64,000 bases of DNA from NCBI GenBank assembly GCA_014803525.1, contig JAAVBP010000002.1, positions 6,492 through 70,491 on the forward strand. The letters run 5' to 3'. Shown piece by piece: positions 18,641 through 27,778 of this stretch (positions within the stretch are counted from its first letter, which is position 1; each line of letters begins with the position of its first letter). Source of the stretch: a bacterium. Its GTDB lineage: Bacteria > Pseudomonadota > Alphaproteobacteria > Rs-D84. The notes beneath the pieces are model-generated. The model made no database searches, was not told the origin of the DNA, and saw only the letters and a list, made by a program, of their open reading frames with translations. Position numbers and translations under genes: made by a program.

Positions 18641-20899
18641 TTATGGATTTATAGTGCAAGATGTCCCTGTATTCCACTCAGCCCCCGTTATAGTATCGCA
18701 TTTCGCCTTTGTCACAGCACTGGCACCCTGGAACGCCCTAAGGTTATCACGCCAGATAAAACTGTTGCCATCAATCGTCAATTTGCACTGGTTATTGCTA
18801 GAATCCCATGCGGCATTTGTGATCTTATCACAGCGTTCTTGCGTCATTATATACTGTGTGCCAATTGACATATCCAGCCACTTTTTTTGTTCTGTGCCTT
18901 CATATCCTGTCACGGACATACACGTTGTAATCACAGCGTTACACGCCTTGATCGCAACATCGCTGGGGGTATTTGAATTAGATGTATTATAATAAGACCC
19001 ACTGAAATTATAATTGTTCTGTGACAGACAAGACGCAACATCAGAGATACAGCTGTCGGCATAATCACTTAATACCTGATCTTGCTTTGCCTTGATTTGA
19101 ACCAATGTACGTTGCAGGTATTCCTTGATAACAGAATTGCCATATGTAAAGGATTTATTGGCCCCACTGCCCGTTGTATAGGTCAAATCCTGGCACTTGT
19201 TCAAAACAGATGAACACATGCCAAAGTTTTTACCATCTTTGACATACCCGATCTTGGCCTGCAGGTATTCTATCATATTTGATGTATTCTGCTTTGGTTC
19301 CGTCGTCGAAACACTATTGGCTATATACGCCGCAACCGTACCGTCCGTCCACGGATTGGAGTCTTCTGCCTTATAATTCCATACCTGATATAACCCAGTG
19401 CTAATTTCTCCGCTGTCGGCGCTAACACCGGCCACGCCGGGGGTGCTGCCTGCAACAACGGCGCCGTTTACGATATATTTGCCGGTCGGATCCAGACAGT
19501 TTTCATAATCAGATCCACACACAAAATCATCCTGCATACAGCTGTCCAGGGCGTTTACACATCCACGCAGATCGTATTGATTCTTTTGCTGGGCCACCAT
19601 TAAACGCGCCTTTTGCAGAACACTTTTTGCATTGCGTACCGTCGACGCCATTTGATCGTTCGCCTCGGTCAGGCTGCGCTCGTACGCGATACACTGTTTA
19701 TCTATTTCCAGGTCATATGCATTTGTGATCAGCGACGCATCAACACCCTGGGCGGTACAGCTGTTTAATACAGACGCCTTGCAGCGTGCCGTTGCCGTCT
19801 TGAACAATTGTTCGCCACGCTGATTGCTGATACTGCTGGTGTTGGATGTTACGCCAAACAAATTCGATAAATCAAATCCTGTACTGGATATCGAGAAATC
19901 CAACAACCCAGACAAATCAAACGACAGCCCTGAATCAGACGATACCGCATTACCGCTTTTTACATCGACAATCAGGTTTTTGATCTTGTCCAGATCATTT
20001 TTCAACTGGGTATTATCGGTTTTATTTTGCAGTGTTAATTCCGCCTCAGTCTGACTGAACAAGGTTTCAATATCATCACCGGACAGACCGATATACTGGA
20101 TCTTTTGCGCAACATCTTGCAGGTCTTCGGTCGCCTGTTTCAATGCCGCCTCGGTCGTGGCATAATTCTTTAAATTCGCACTGCAACTGCAACGTCCCTG
20201 GTTATCATCCAGAACGTTACAGAAATTATCCATGCACGACATATACTGCGCCTTGCAGAAATCAGTCAGTTGAGCCAATTCGTCCATATCGGTTGCCGTG
20301 GACGTGGCACTGACCGATGTTTCAGCCACCGTCGCCGCAGATCCCGCCATGCGAATTGTCGGCACACGTGATGTCACATTTGAACGAACACCAACACGCC
20401 CCGTATACAACGGTGTACTTACAGTATCTGTTTGAACAATAGACGATGTTGTCGCCGCACGCGCCGCGGTTGCGGCACCGGTTGATGCGCGACGTGGCGT
20501 AACCGGCATGGCGCCCGCACTGTTTGATGCACGTGACACGGTTGCGCGCGCCGCGGTTGAACGAGATGCAGCATTCACATTTGTCGTTGTACGCGCCGTG
20601 GTACCCGCACTGCGCCCAGATACACCACGCGTTGTCACATTACGTGTCGGGGCCACGGTTGCACCACCGGTCGCAACCGCACGGGACGCATTGCGCGTTG
20701 TGTTTGTACGTGCCGTTGGGGACTTGGCCGCTGTTTGGGCCGCGGGCATAACAACATTATCCTGGATATCTTCTGTAGATTCCGCATCCACCGCATCAAC
20801 GTCAGCATATTCTATCACATCTTCGTAATAAATGGGCGCAACCTCAGCAAATGCGGGCAAAACCAGCAAACCACTAAGTACAGCAATTAATCTTTTCAT
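18641..20899 (-). CDS. Large secreted Cys-rich protein with Arg/Thr/Ala/Ser-rich N-terminal low-complexity region (752 aa)
   Basis: Signal peptide MKRLIAVLSGLLVLPAFA. About 180 aa of R/T/A/S-rich sequence. Then many spaced Cys residues (FCKAQYMSCMDNFCNVLDDNQGRCSCS ..). Confidence 0.65.
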   Translation of the reverse strand: MKRLIAVLSGLLVLPAFAEVAPIYYEDVIEYADVDAVDAESTEDIQDNVVMPAAQTAAKSPTARTNTTRNASRAVATGGATVAPTRNVTTRGVSGRSAGTTARTTTNVNAASRSTAARATVSRASNSAGAMPVTPRRASTGAATAARAATTSSIVQTDTVSTPLYTGRVGVRSNVTSRVPTIRMAGSAATVAETSVSATSTATDMDELAQLTDFCKAQYMSCMDNFCNVLDDNQGRCSCSANLKNYATTEAALKQATEDLQDVAQKIQYIGLSGDDIETLFSQTEAELTLQNKTDNTQLKNDLDKIKNLIVDVKSGNAVSSDSGLSFDLSGLLDFSISSTGFDLSNLFGVTSNTSSISNQRGEQLFKTATARCKASVLNSCTAQGVDASLITNAYDLEIDKQCIAYERSLTEANDQMASTVRNAKSVLQKARLMVAQQKNQYDLRGCVNALDSCMQDDFVCGSDYENCLDPTGKYIVNGAVVAGSTPGVAGVSADSGEISTGLYQVWNYKAEDSNPWTDGTVAAYIANSVSTTEPKQNTSNMIEYLQAKIGYVKDGKNFGMCSSVLNKCQDLTYTTGSGANKSFTYGNSVIKEYLQRTLVQIKAKQDQVLSDYADSCISDVASCLSQNNYNFSGSYYNTSNSNTPSDVAIKACNAVITTCMSVTGYEGTEQKKWLDMSIGTQYIMTQERCDKITNAAWDSSNNQCKLTIDGNSFIWRDNLRAFQGASAVTKAKCDTITGAEWNTGTSCTINP

Positions 20900-21027
20900 G
20901 CGAAATCTTCCCTTCTATTATGTTTACTTTATCACAAATACCATACCCGCGCAAACAAAAAACTGAATTATCTTGTAAAAATCGCAAAATACGATATAAT
21001 CCCAAATCAGAGAAAAAGGGATAAAAA

Positions 21028-22611
21028 TTGTCGTGGTTTAAAAAAGTTTCTATGTTCGTTTTAACATTACCACTGTTGGGATGCACAACTGTTCCAACCA
21101 CAACACACGACAGTCGCCTGGCCGAATATACATCCAAAATAACCGCCAGCGATTTTGAATACGACCCAATGCAGACACCCATTGCCCAGTGTTATGCATC
21201 CGAACTGGCCACACCGGGGATCAGTGGGGCAACACTGATCGACGATGGATTATCTGCGTTTATAATACGCGCCGCGTTTGCACGAATGGCAACAAAAACC
21301 ATTGATCTGCAGACGTATATTTACAGCAACGACTTTTCATCCAAGGTTTTGGTTGGCGAACTGAAAAAAGCCGCCGACCGCGGGGTCAAGGTACGAATAC
21401 TGCTGGACGATTACGGCACAAAATCCGATATTGTTGATGTTATGTTACTGAACCAGCATCCGAATATAGAGGTCAAGGTTTTTAACACCGTCGCAAATCG
21501 ATCAAGATTGCTGTACTATCCACAATTTTTGTTGGATTTTAACCGTCTGAATTCCCGTATGCACAACAAACTGTTTATTGTGGATAATGTCGCATATATT
21601 ACCGGCGGACGCAATGTCGGCAGTAATTATTTCTATCCGGAAACGGCGTCTAATTTTTCCGACACCGACGTATTATTCTTGGGCGATATGACAAAATATG
21701 CCACGGCCAGCTTTAATGAATATTGGGTACATCATCTGTCGATTCCGGCGGACGTTTTTCCAAAAGCGAAATCCAGCCGCGCGATGAAGCGTCTGGAGCA
21801 GCACTTTGCAAAATTCGAACACACCAGCAACGACAGCGTCAATCGATATAACAAAATTATCACAATGGCCCAGCGTGAATTCAAAAATAAAAATTTTGAT
21901 TTCAGTTGGGGGCACGGAAAATTCTTGGCCGACCCACCGGAAAAGGTCGAAATGACCATGCAGGAAAAAGAAAAATATCAGGGTGATATTATCAAAGAAC
22001 TGCAACAATTATGGCGTCGTACAGAACACAATGTTTACATGTCGGCGGCATATTTTGTACCGGGCAATGGGGGCCTGGCCCATATGATGCACGAAGAAAA
22101 TTCCGGCGTACATATGACGATCGTTACAAATTCCCTGTCTTCGACCAATGCACCGACGGTTTATGCAAAATGGGAACAGTATCGCAAGAAACTGATCAAA
22201 TCGGGCGCCGACGTTTATGAATTCATGCTGTCGGCAGAAAACCTGCGCGGCAAGGAACACGACCGCGAAAGAAAACAATCCAGTTTTTCTGTACTGCACA
22301 GTAAAACCATCGTATTCGACGACAATATTTCATGGATCGGCAGCTTTAATCTGGACCCGCGCAGCGCATACTTTAACACCGAAAATGTTGCCGTGTTTGA
22401 AAGTCGTGAGTTTGCAAAAAAACTGCGCGATATGATTATCAGCGACACCATAACATCATGGCATGTGACAATGGATGGCAACACGACAAAATGGACCGGT
22501 TGGCGCACGGGCGACGCGGCCCCAAAAACATATCGGCGCAGCCCGGATACAACCATATTCCGCCGTGCATGGAAATCAATATGCGGATTGGTTCCGGAAA
22601 AATTCGTATAA
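21028..22611 (+). CDS. Phospholipase D / cardiolipin-synthase-family lipoprotein
   Basis: Lipobox LTLPLLGC. Two HKD motifs (HNKLFIVD..GGRN and HSKTIVFD..GSFN). TTG start as tracked, or Met at 21052. Confidence 0.85.
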   Translation: MSWFKKVSMFVLTLPLLGCTTVPTTTHDSRLAEYTSKITASDFEYDPMQTPIAQCYASELATPGISGATLIDDGLSAFIIRAAFARMATKTIDLQTYIYSNDFSSKVLVGELKKAADRGVKVRILLDDYGTKSDIVDVMLLNQHPNIEVKVFNTVANRSRLLYYPQFLLDFNRLNSRMHNKLFIVDNVAYITGGRNVGSNYFYPETASNFSDTDVLFLGDMTKYATASFNEYWVHHLSIPADVFPKAKSSRAMKRLEQHFAKFEHTSNDSVNRYNKIITMAQREFKNKNFDFSWGHGKFLADPPEKVEMTMQEKEKYQGDIIKELQQLWRRTEHNVYMSAAYFVPGNGGLAHMMHEENSGVHMTIVTNSLSSTNAPTVYAKWEQYRKKLIKSGADVYEFMLSAENLRGKEHDRERKQSSFSVLHSKTIVFDDNISWIGSFNLDPRSAYFNTENVAVFESREFAKKLRDMIISDTITSWHVTMDGNTTKWTGWRTGDAAPKTYRRSPDTTIFRRAWKSICGLVPEKFV

Positions 22612-22647
22612 AAAACAAAAAGTAACGCGCCAATATGGCGCGTTTCT

Positions 22648-23058
22648 TTAATCAAAATAGTCGGGCAATTTTGGCCGGTCTTTATCATATATGCTAAGCG
22701 TGCCCGCATCCATTGCACGCGAATAATAATCTATTTTAAAATCTATTATCTTTAGCGTCTTTGTTATGTCGGCCAATTGCTGTTTAACCACCCGTTTACG
22801 CTCCACAAACATATTCAAACGTTGTTCTATTGTTTCATCACCACGCGAACACCAATCAATAAATATTTTAATATCAGCCAATGGCATGCCAGTCTTTTTC
22901 AAACACTCTATCATGCCCAGACGCGTCATATCCGCCGGACCATAATCACGAACACCACCAGCACGCTTTGCCACATCCGGCATTAATCCCGCCTTTTCAT
23001 AAAAGCGCAGAGTATGTTCTGTTAATCCTGTCTTTTTTGCAACCTCGCCTATTTTCAT
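22648..23058 (-). CDS. MerR family transcriptional regulator (NmlR/AdhR-like)
   Basis: MKIGEVAKKTGLTEHTLRFYEKAGL HTH, a single conserved-position Cys in MIECLKKTGM, and a coiled-coil dimerisation helix. Start at ATG 23058. Confidence 0.8.
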   Translation of the reverse strand: MKIGEVAKKTGLTEHTLRFYEKAGLMPDVAKRAGGVRDYGPADMTRLGMIECLKKTGMPLADIKIFIDWCSRGDETIEQRLNMFVERKRVVKQQLADITKTLKIIDFKIDYYSRAMDAGTLSIYDKDRPKLPDYFD

Positions 23059-23069
23059 AAAAAAATCCC

Positions 23070-23100
23070 TTGCCTTAGAGTTCAGTCCAGGGTTTATACT
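23070..23100 (+). promoter_or_regulatory. MerR-type promoter with 19-bp spacer
   Basis: TTGCCT (23070-23075), a 19-nt spacer holding the imperfect dyad CCTTAGAG-TTCA-GTCCAGGG, then TATACT (23095-23100). Divergent from the MerR gene. Confidence 0.6.
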
Positions 23101-23128
23101 TACAACAAAAGCAAAGGAGAAGTCAATC

Positions 23129-24079
23129 ATGAAAACATTTGCCATTATTGGTGTCGCCGCGGCCGCTTTGGTCGCGGTCGGGGTTGGAATTTACCGGGCG
23201 CACAACAATGCTGTGCCAACGGTATATTTTACACGCGACATATCACCCGATGGTTTGGTTCGCGCATATCATGCATCGGGATGGCAGCCGGCAAATGGGC
23301 CGGTTGGCGTAAAAATGTCCACAGGCGAACCACCGGCCAGCAATTATTTGCGCCCAGAACTAATCAGCGATTTGATCCAAGATGTAAATGGCACAATTGT
23401 TGAATGCAACACCGCATATGATGGCCGTCGCGCACAAAGCGCCGAACATTGGAAAGTTATTCGCGAACATGGATTTTTAGATGTCGCACCTGTTGACATT
23501 CAGGACGAAGAAGGCGATTTGGCAATTCCTGTTCCCAATCCGCTGCGCATATCCGAAAACTATGTAGGAACGCATTTTGCAAATTATCCATCGTACATAA
23601 TTCTGTCCCACTTCAAAGGCCACCAGATGGCCGGATATGGCGGCGCACTGAAAAATATTTCAATCGGATTTGGCAGCCGCATGGGCAAATCATGGATTCA
23701 TTCCGGCGGCACGTCCAAGACCAATCCGTGGGGCGGAGAACAGGACGCATTCTTGGATTCCATGGCGGATGCATCGGCCGCAGTAATTGATTATGTTGGT
23801 GCCGACAACATGTTGTACATCAACGTACTGAATCGCATCAGCATTGATTGTGACTGCAACGGAAACCCGGCCGAACCAGACATTCACGATATCGGCATTT
23901 TGGTATCAACCGACCCTGTTGCAATTGACCAGGCCGGCATAGACATGATAACAGCGGCGCCAAATAATGCGGCATTGTTAAATCGTATCGCAGAGCGCAA
24001 TGGCCTGCGCACCATAGAAGCGGCAGAAAAACATAACCTGGGCAGTCGTAAATATAAATTAATTGATTTGGATAAATAA
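23129..24079 (+). CDS. DUF362 domain protein with N-terminal membrane anchor
   Basis: VKMSTGEPPASNYLRPELI..ECNTAYDGRR..EHGF and GFGSRMGKSWIHSGG match the DUF362 pattern. Confidence 0.65.
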   Translation: MKTFAIIGVAAAALVAVGVGIYRAHNNAVPTVYFTRDISPDGLVRAYHASGWQPANGPVGVKMSTGEPPASNYLRPELISDLIQDVNGTIVECNTAYDGRRAQSAEHWKVIREHGFLDVAPVDIQDEEGDLAIPVPNPLRISENYVGTHFANYPSYIILSHFKGHQMAGYGGALKNISIGFGSRMGKSWIHSGGTSKTNPWGGEQDAFLDSMADASAAVIDYVGADNMLYINVLNRISIDCDCNGNPAEPDIHDIGILVSTDPVAIDQAGIDMITAAPNNAALLNRIAERNGLRTIEAAEKHNLGSRKYKLIDLDK

Positions 24080-24096
24080 AAAAACAGGAGAGAGAA

Positions 24097-24633
24097 ATGA
24101 AACAAATCGCAGCAGCAATTTTCGGCATAGTCGCCATGGCGGGCGCGGCAGATGCAAAAACTTTGGTCGCGTATTATTCACGCAGTGGTAATACCGCCGC
24201 CGTGGCCGACATTATCAAAAATTCAACCGGTGCAGATATTTTTGAAATAAAAACAGCGGATGAAAATCACTATCCGGCCGAATATCGCGCCACGACCGAA
24301 GTGGCAAAAAATGAAATCAACAGCGCAACGTTCCCAGCAATAGCCTCCACACCCGACATGACGGAATATGACACCGTATTTATTGGCACGCCATGTTGGT
24401 GGGGCACAATGGCGGGGCCCGTGCATACATTTTTGAGCCAGGTTGACATGTCCGGCAAAACAGTTATTCCGTTTAACACCCATGGCGGCAGTGGCGCCGG
24501 CAGCGTGCACAGCGATATAGAAAAACTAACCCCCAATGCGACACATAAAACAGGCATCGCCATTTGGGGCAATGATGCATCCGATGCAGGTGACGCAATT
24601 AACAAATGGCTGACAGAAATCGGCATAAAATAA
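24097..24633 (+). CDS. Exported flavodoxin-family protein
   Basis: Signal peptide, then LVAYYSRSGNT and IGTPCWWG motifs. Confidence 0.75.
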   Translation: MKQIAAAIFGIVAMAGAADAKTLVAYYSRSGNTAAVADIIKNSTGADIFEIKTADENHYPAEYRATTEVAKNEINSATFPAIASTPDMTEYDTVFIGTPCWWGTMAGPVHTFLSQVDMSGKTVIPFNTHGGSGAGSVHSDIEKLTPNATHKTGIAIWGNDASDAGDAINKWLTEIGIK

Positions 24634-24635
24634 AG

Positions 24636-24662
24636 AAACGGGGCAGATGCCCCGTTTTTTTT
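24636..24662. terminator. Intrinsic terminator shared by convergent genes
   Basis: ACGGGGC-AGAT-GCCCCGT followed by T8. Confidence 0.7.
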
Positions 24663-24885
24663 AATTCATTTTGTAAAGTTCCCATAAACGTAAAAGATAA
24701 TACAGCTCTAATGAGTTACCGCCCTCGCAATCCTTCAAGGCGTCTATGCTAATATCTGCCAGTTCGGATGCATTTTCCAGTGTCAATCCAAAATCCATAC
24801 GCACGGCCTGCAAGAATTTACCGTATTCTACGTTAAATTCCGCTTTTGTCTTTCCCTTTGTCCCTGATGCTGTTGTTTCGACCAT
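24661..24885 (-). CDS. Small XRE-type helix-turn-helix protein (74 aa), divergent paralog 3
   Basis: GAGGGAG SD before ATG 24885. FGLTLENASELADISIDALKDCEGG HTH pattern. Preceded by leader RNA copy 3. Confidence 0.6.
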   Translation of the reverse strand: MVETTASGTKGKTKAEFNVEYGKFLQAVRMDFGLTLENASELADISIDALKDCEGGNSLELYYLLRLWELYKMN

Positions 24886-24907
24886 AATACTCCCTCTTTT
24901 TTGTAAT

Positions 24908-25100
24908 AAAAAAGCCGTCAGTATCTGACGGCGATTGGAGGGACGAACTGTCAACTTTTTAGGAAAAACAGTGTGCTTTATTTATATATATCAGCACACT
25001 CCAATCGCCGTTGGCGATTGATGTTTTACAGCGCCGAAGCGCAAACCTAAAAAGTTGATGTGGGTTCGTCTACCCAATCTGAGCCGTGGCTCAGATACTG
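24908..25100 (-). ncRNA. Structured leader RNA with intrinsic terminator, copy 3 (divergent)
   Basis: On the minus strand: P1 25077-25096. Long-range P2 (GACGAAC/GTTCGTC and CAACTTTTTAGG/CCTAAAAAGTTG). Extra UUCG-capped hairpin 25031-25042. P3 25002-25020 (CAATCGCC/GGCGATTG). P4 24971-24999 with loop GATATATATAAATAA. CTCCAATCGCC (24930-24940) is complementary to the P3 3' arm. Terminator 24914-24932 plus a U-run. Confidence 0.65.
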
Positions 25101-25149
25101 GGAATGTTATACTATTTTTTGACAAGATTCAATAGGAATGTTTCCGCCC

Positions 25150-25476
25150 TTAATGTGCGAATAAATGTAAAATAATGCTGACCATGAAAATGGCCGTTAT
25201 TACCCCAAGTATTATCTTTTGCGTGCGGTGCGAATGGCCGCCGTGACAATGGTCGCATGCACACGCGCAATCGCGCAACACCATCAACCACGACAGCGCC
25301 AACATCAGCCCGGACATCACGAAAATCCACGGTTCCATCCAATGTGGAATCAAAGACCAATGCGCCGCATCCGGCGCGATCAAACCAATCAGTGACAGCG
25401 CAATCGGCAACCCGCAACAGAACACATGCGGCAATATGGTGGCAAGCAGACTTAATTTAACAGCTTTGTTTTTCAT
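25150..25476 (-). CDS. Small Cys/His-rich membrane protein, MerC-like
   Basis: Four hydrophobic segments, VFCCGLP in TM1, and a CACACDHCHGGHSH cluster. Confidence 0.45.
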   Translation of the reverse strand: MKNKAVKLSLLATILPHVFCCGLPIALSLIGLIAPDAAHWSLIPHWMEPWIFVMSGLMLALSWLMVLRDCACACDHCHGGHSHRTQKIILGVITAIFMVSIILHLFAH

Positions 25477-25499
25477 CGGGCTTTATTATATTCGTGCAA

Positions 25500-25519
25500 T
25501 TTTCATTTGCAAATGAAAA
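25500..25519. promoter_or_regulatory. Perfect 20-bp palindrome, candidate operator
   Basis: TTTTCATTTGCAAATGAAAA lies 24-43 bp upstream of the MerC-like start codon. Confidence 0.4.
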
Positions 25520-25569
25520 CAGCGGGAATGTTTTCCGTCTGTGTGGCCCCAATTACATATTCCTTAACA

Positions 25570-26322
25570 TTACCGACTGTGGCCCGAATATTTGCGCATC
25601 AGTGATTTTGGCAGACTGTCCGCGTCATAGACATCCAACACACGTCTAAATTCATCTGGGTGCGTTTTTAAATATCCCGATATCACAGAAATCGCATAAT
25701 CGCGGGTAACATCAAACGTCCAACCGCTAAGCAATCTGCGGAACAACGTCGGATTTTTGGCGGACATTTCTTTTATCACCGCGCAACATATCGGATGCAG
25801 TTTTTCATCCTTGCAACCGCTTAAACCAACCAAGGTTCGCACCAATGAATAATTCAGCTGATTAGCATATATATGTCCATTTAAACACTCAACCGTCTTG
25901 GCTGCGATTTGCATATCATCCTTGGCCCCGACGCGTGCCATCGCGGCCGCCACCACCATCATTATAACGGAAATCAAAGTATAAGCCCCATCGGGAATGC
26001 CAGACGCATCCGTATGTGCGCGACGCGACGCATCGGTCAAAATTGTCACATCATACGCACGGCGCAAGGCATCTGTGTACGATGTATGCTCGGTCCCCGA
26101 CAGTTCGAGATTAGTTATGCCCCAATACGCACTGCCCACGCCAAATGCCAGCAACAGGCCGGCCGCAAAGTTATTAAAACCACGACGCACAACCAACAGA
26201 CGCGTGGCCGCACCCATATCTTCTAACAGCTTTCTTTGTGCAGCTTTCTTTGCGGCCGCCGCACGACGTTTTTCGGCCAACTGCTTTTGCGCATCGCCAC
26301 CGGGGAATATTTTCTTGTCCAT
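25570..26322 (-). CDS. Hypothetical membrane protein (250 aa)
   Basis: Lys/Ala-rich N-terminus and two hydrophobic segments. No recognisable motif. Confidence 0.5.
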   Translation of the reverse strand: MDKKIFPGGDAQKQLAEKRRAAAAKKAAQRKLLEDMGAATRLLVVRRGFNNFAAGLLLAFGVGSAYWGITNLELSGTEHTSYTDALRRAYDVTILTDASRRAHTDASGIPDGAYTLISVIMMVVAAAMARVGAKDDMQIAAKTVECLNGHIYANQLNYSLVRTLVGLSGCKDEKLHPICCAVIKEMSAKNPTLFRRLLSGWTFDVTRDYAISVISGYLKTHPDEFRRVLDVYDADSLPKSLMRKYSGHSR

Positions 26323-26346
26323 AACTTATACCTTTATGAAAATTCT

Positions 26347-26422
26347 TGGCATCCCCACCAGGACTCGAACCTGGATCTAATTCTTAGGAGGAACTTGTTC
26401 TATCCTGTTGAACTATGGGGAC
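26347..26422 (-). tRNA. tRNA-Arg (anticodon CCT)
   Basis: Manual cloverleaf: acceptor GTCCCCA/TGGGGAT, D stem GTTC/GAAC, anticodon loop CTCCTAA, T arm CCAGG-TTCGAGT-CCTGG, encoded CCA. Confidence 0.85.
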
Positions 26423-26515
26423 GCATATTTTGTATTTTATTCACTTGATTTTAATATTGCAAGTTGTAATTGGGACCTGTATAATACCCACGACAAAGTT
26501 TAAGGAAGGGTACCG

Positions 26516-27454
26516 ATGGGCAGCAGACTGATTGGATACGGGTCTTATTTACCGGAAAAAATAATGACCAATCAAGATTTTGAAAAAATTATGGATACCA
26601 CCGACGAATGGATTGTTCAGCGTACCGGTATGCGTACACGGCACTTTGCCGCAGATAACGAAACCGTTGTTGACATGGCCGCCGTCGCGGCCCAGCGCGC
26701 GCTGGATAATGCCGGCATGACAATTGATGACATCGATATGATTATCTGTGCCACAACATCACCGGAACTGGATTTCCCGTCTGTCGGCGTCCAGGTTTTG
26801 GGACGTCTGGGCGCATCGCGAAACCAGCCGGCCTTTGACGTTCGCGGCGCATGCACGGGCTATATTTATGCCATGCACTGTGCACGTGCGTTTTTTACCG
26901 CCGGAATGCATCAACGTATCATGCTGATTGGCGCAGAAAAAATGACACGCTTTGTCGATTTTAATGACCGCAGCACGGCCGTATTATTCGGTGACGGTGC
27001 GGGCGCATTGATTTTTGAACACTCTTCGTCGGGGTACAGCGGCATTATCGACACCGTGGTTATGGCCGATGGACGTGAATTTGACATGCTGCACGGGACG
27101 CCGGATCACAAGATTGCAATGAATGGGCCAGAGACATATAAACGGGCCGTAACCTGTATGCCAGAGGCCGCCAGCTATATCATGGAGCACGCAGGCATTT
27201 CCGCCGATAACGTTGACTGGATAATTCCACACCAGGCAAACCTGCGCATTATAAACAGCGGCGCCCAACGTTTGGGCTTTCCATTGAATAAAATTATTGT
27301 AACCGTGGACAAGCACGCAAATACCAGTGGCGCATCAGGCGTTCTGGCACTTAGTTATGCACTGGATAACGATATTATTAAAAAAGGACAATTAATACTA
27401 TACCCCGCGTTTGGCAGTGGCCTGACATGGGGTGCGGCACTGATAAGGATATAA
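26516..27454 (+). CDS. fabH: 3-oxoacyl-ACP synthase III
   Basis: GACTGYIYA active-site Cys region, IPHQANLRI, ANTSGAS. Confidence 0.9.
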   Translation: MGSRLIGYGSYLPEKIMTNQDFEKIMDTTDEWIVQRTGMRTRHFAADNETVVDMAAVAAQRALDNAGMTIDDIDMIICATTSPELDFPSVGVQVLGRLGASRNQPAFDVRGACTGYIYAMHCARAFFTAGMHQRIMLIGAEKMTRFVDFNDRSTAVLFGDGAGALIFEHSSSGYSGIIDTVVMADGREFDMLHGTPDHKIAMNGPETYKRAVTCMPEAASYIMEHAGISADNVDWIIPHQANLRIINSGAQRLGFPLNKIIVTVDKHANTSGASGVLALSYALDNDIIKKGQLILYPAFGSGLTWGAALIRI

Positions 27455-27456
27455 AG

Positions 27457-27744
27457 ATGGCAACGATAACAAGAATAGATTTTGCAAATAAATTGCGTGA
27501 ACGCTTTGGTTTAACATCAACAGACGCGTATAAATTGGTTGATTTGATTTTTGATGAAATTGCAGAGGCACTGGTCCATGGCGAAGAAGTTAAATTCGCC
27601 GGGTTTGGTTCCTTTAAAATTTTAAACAAGGCTGAACGCCAGGGTCGCAATCCGAAAACGGGTGAACCGGCCGTTATATCTGCGCGTCGGGTTGCAACGT
27701 TCCGTCCATGCAGTGATTTCCGCCGCCGCGTGGCAAAACAATAA
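27457..27744 (+). CDS. ihfA: Integration host factor subunit alpha
   Basis: GFGSFKILNKAERQGRNPKTGEPAVISARRVATFRP. ATG 27457 lies immediately after the fabH stop. Confidence 0.85.
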   Translation: MATITRIDFANKLRERFGLTSTDAYKLVDLIFDEIAEALVHGEEVKFAGFGSFKILNKAERQGRNPKTGEPAVISARRVATFRPCSDFRRRVAKQ

Positions 27745-27753
27745 AAACAAAAT

Positions 27754-27778
27754 AAAAAACGCCAAATGGCGTTTTTTT
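27754..27778. terminator. Bidirectional intrinsic terminator
   Basis: CGCCA-AA-TGGCG flanked by A6 and T7, between convergent genes. Confidence 0.65.
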
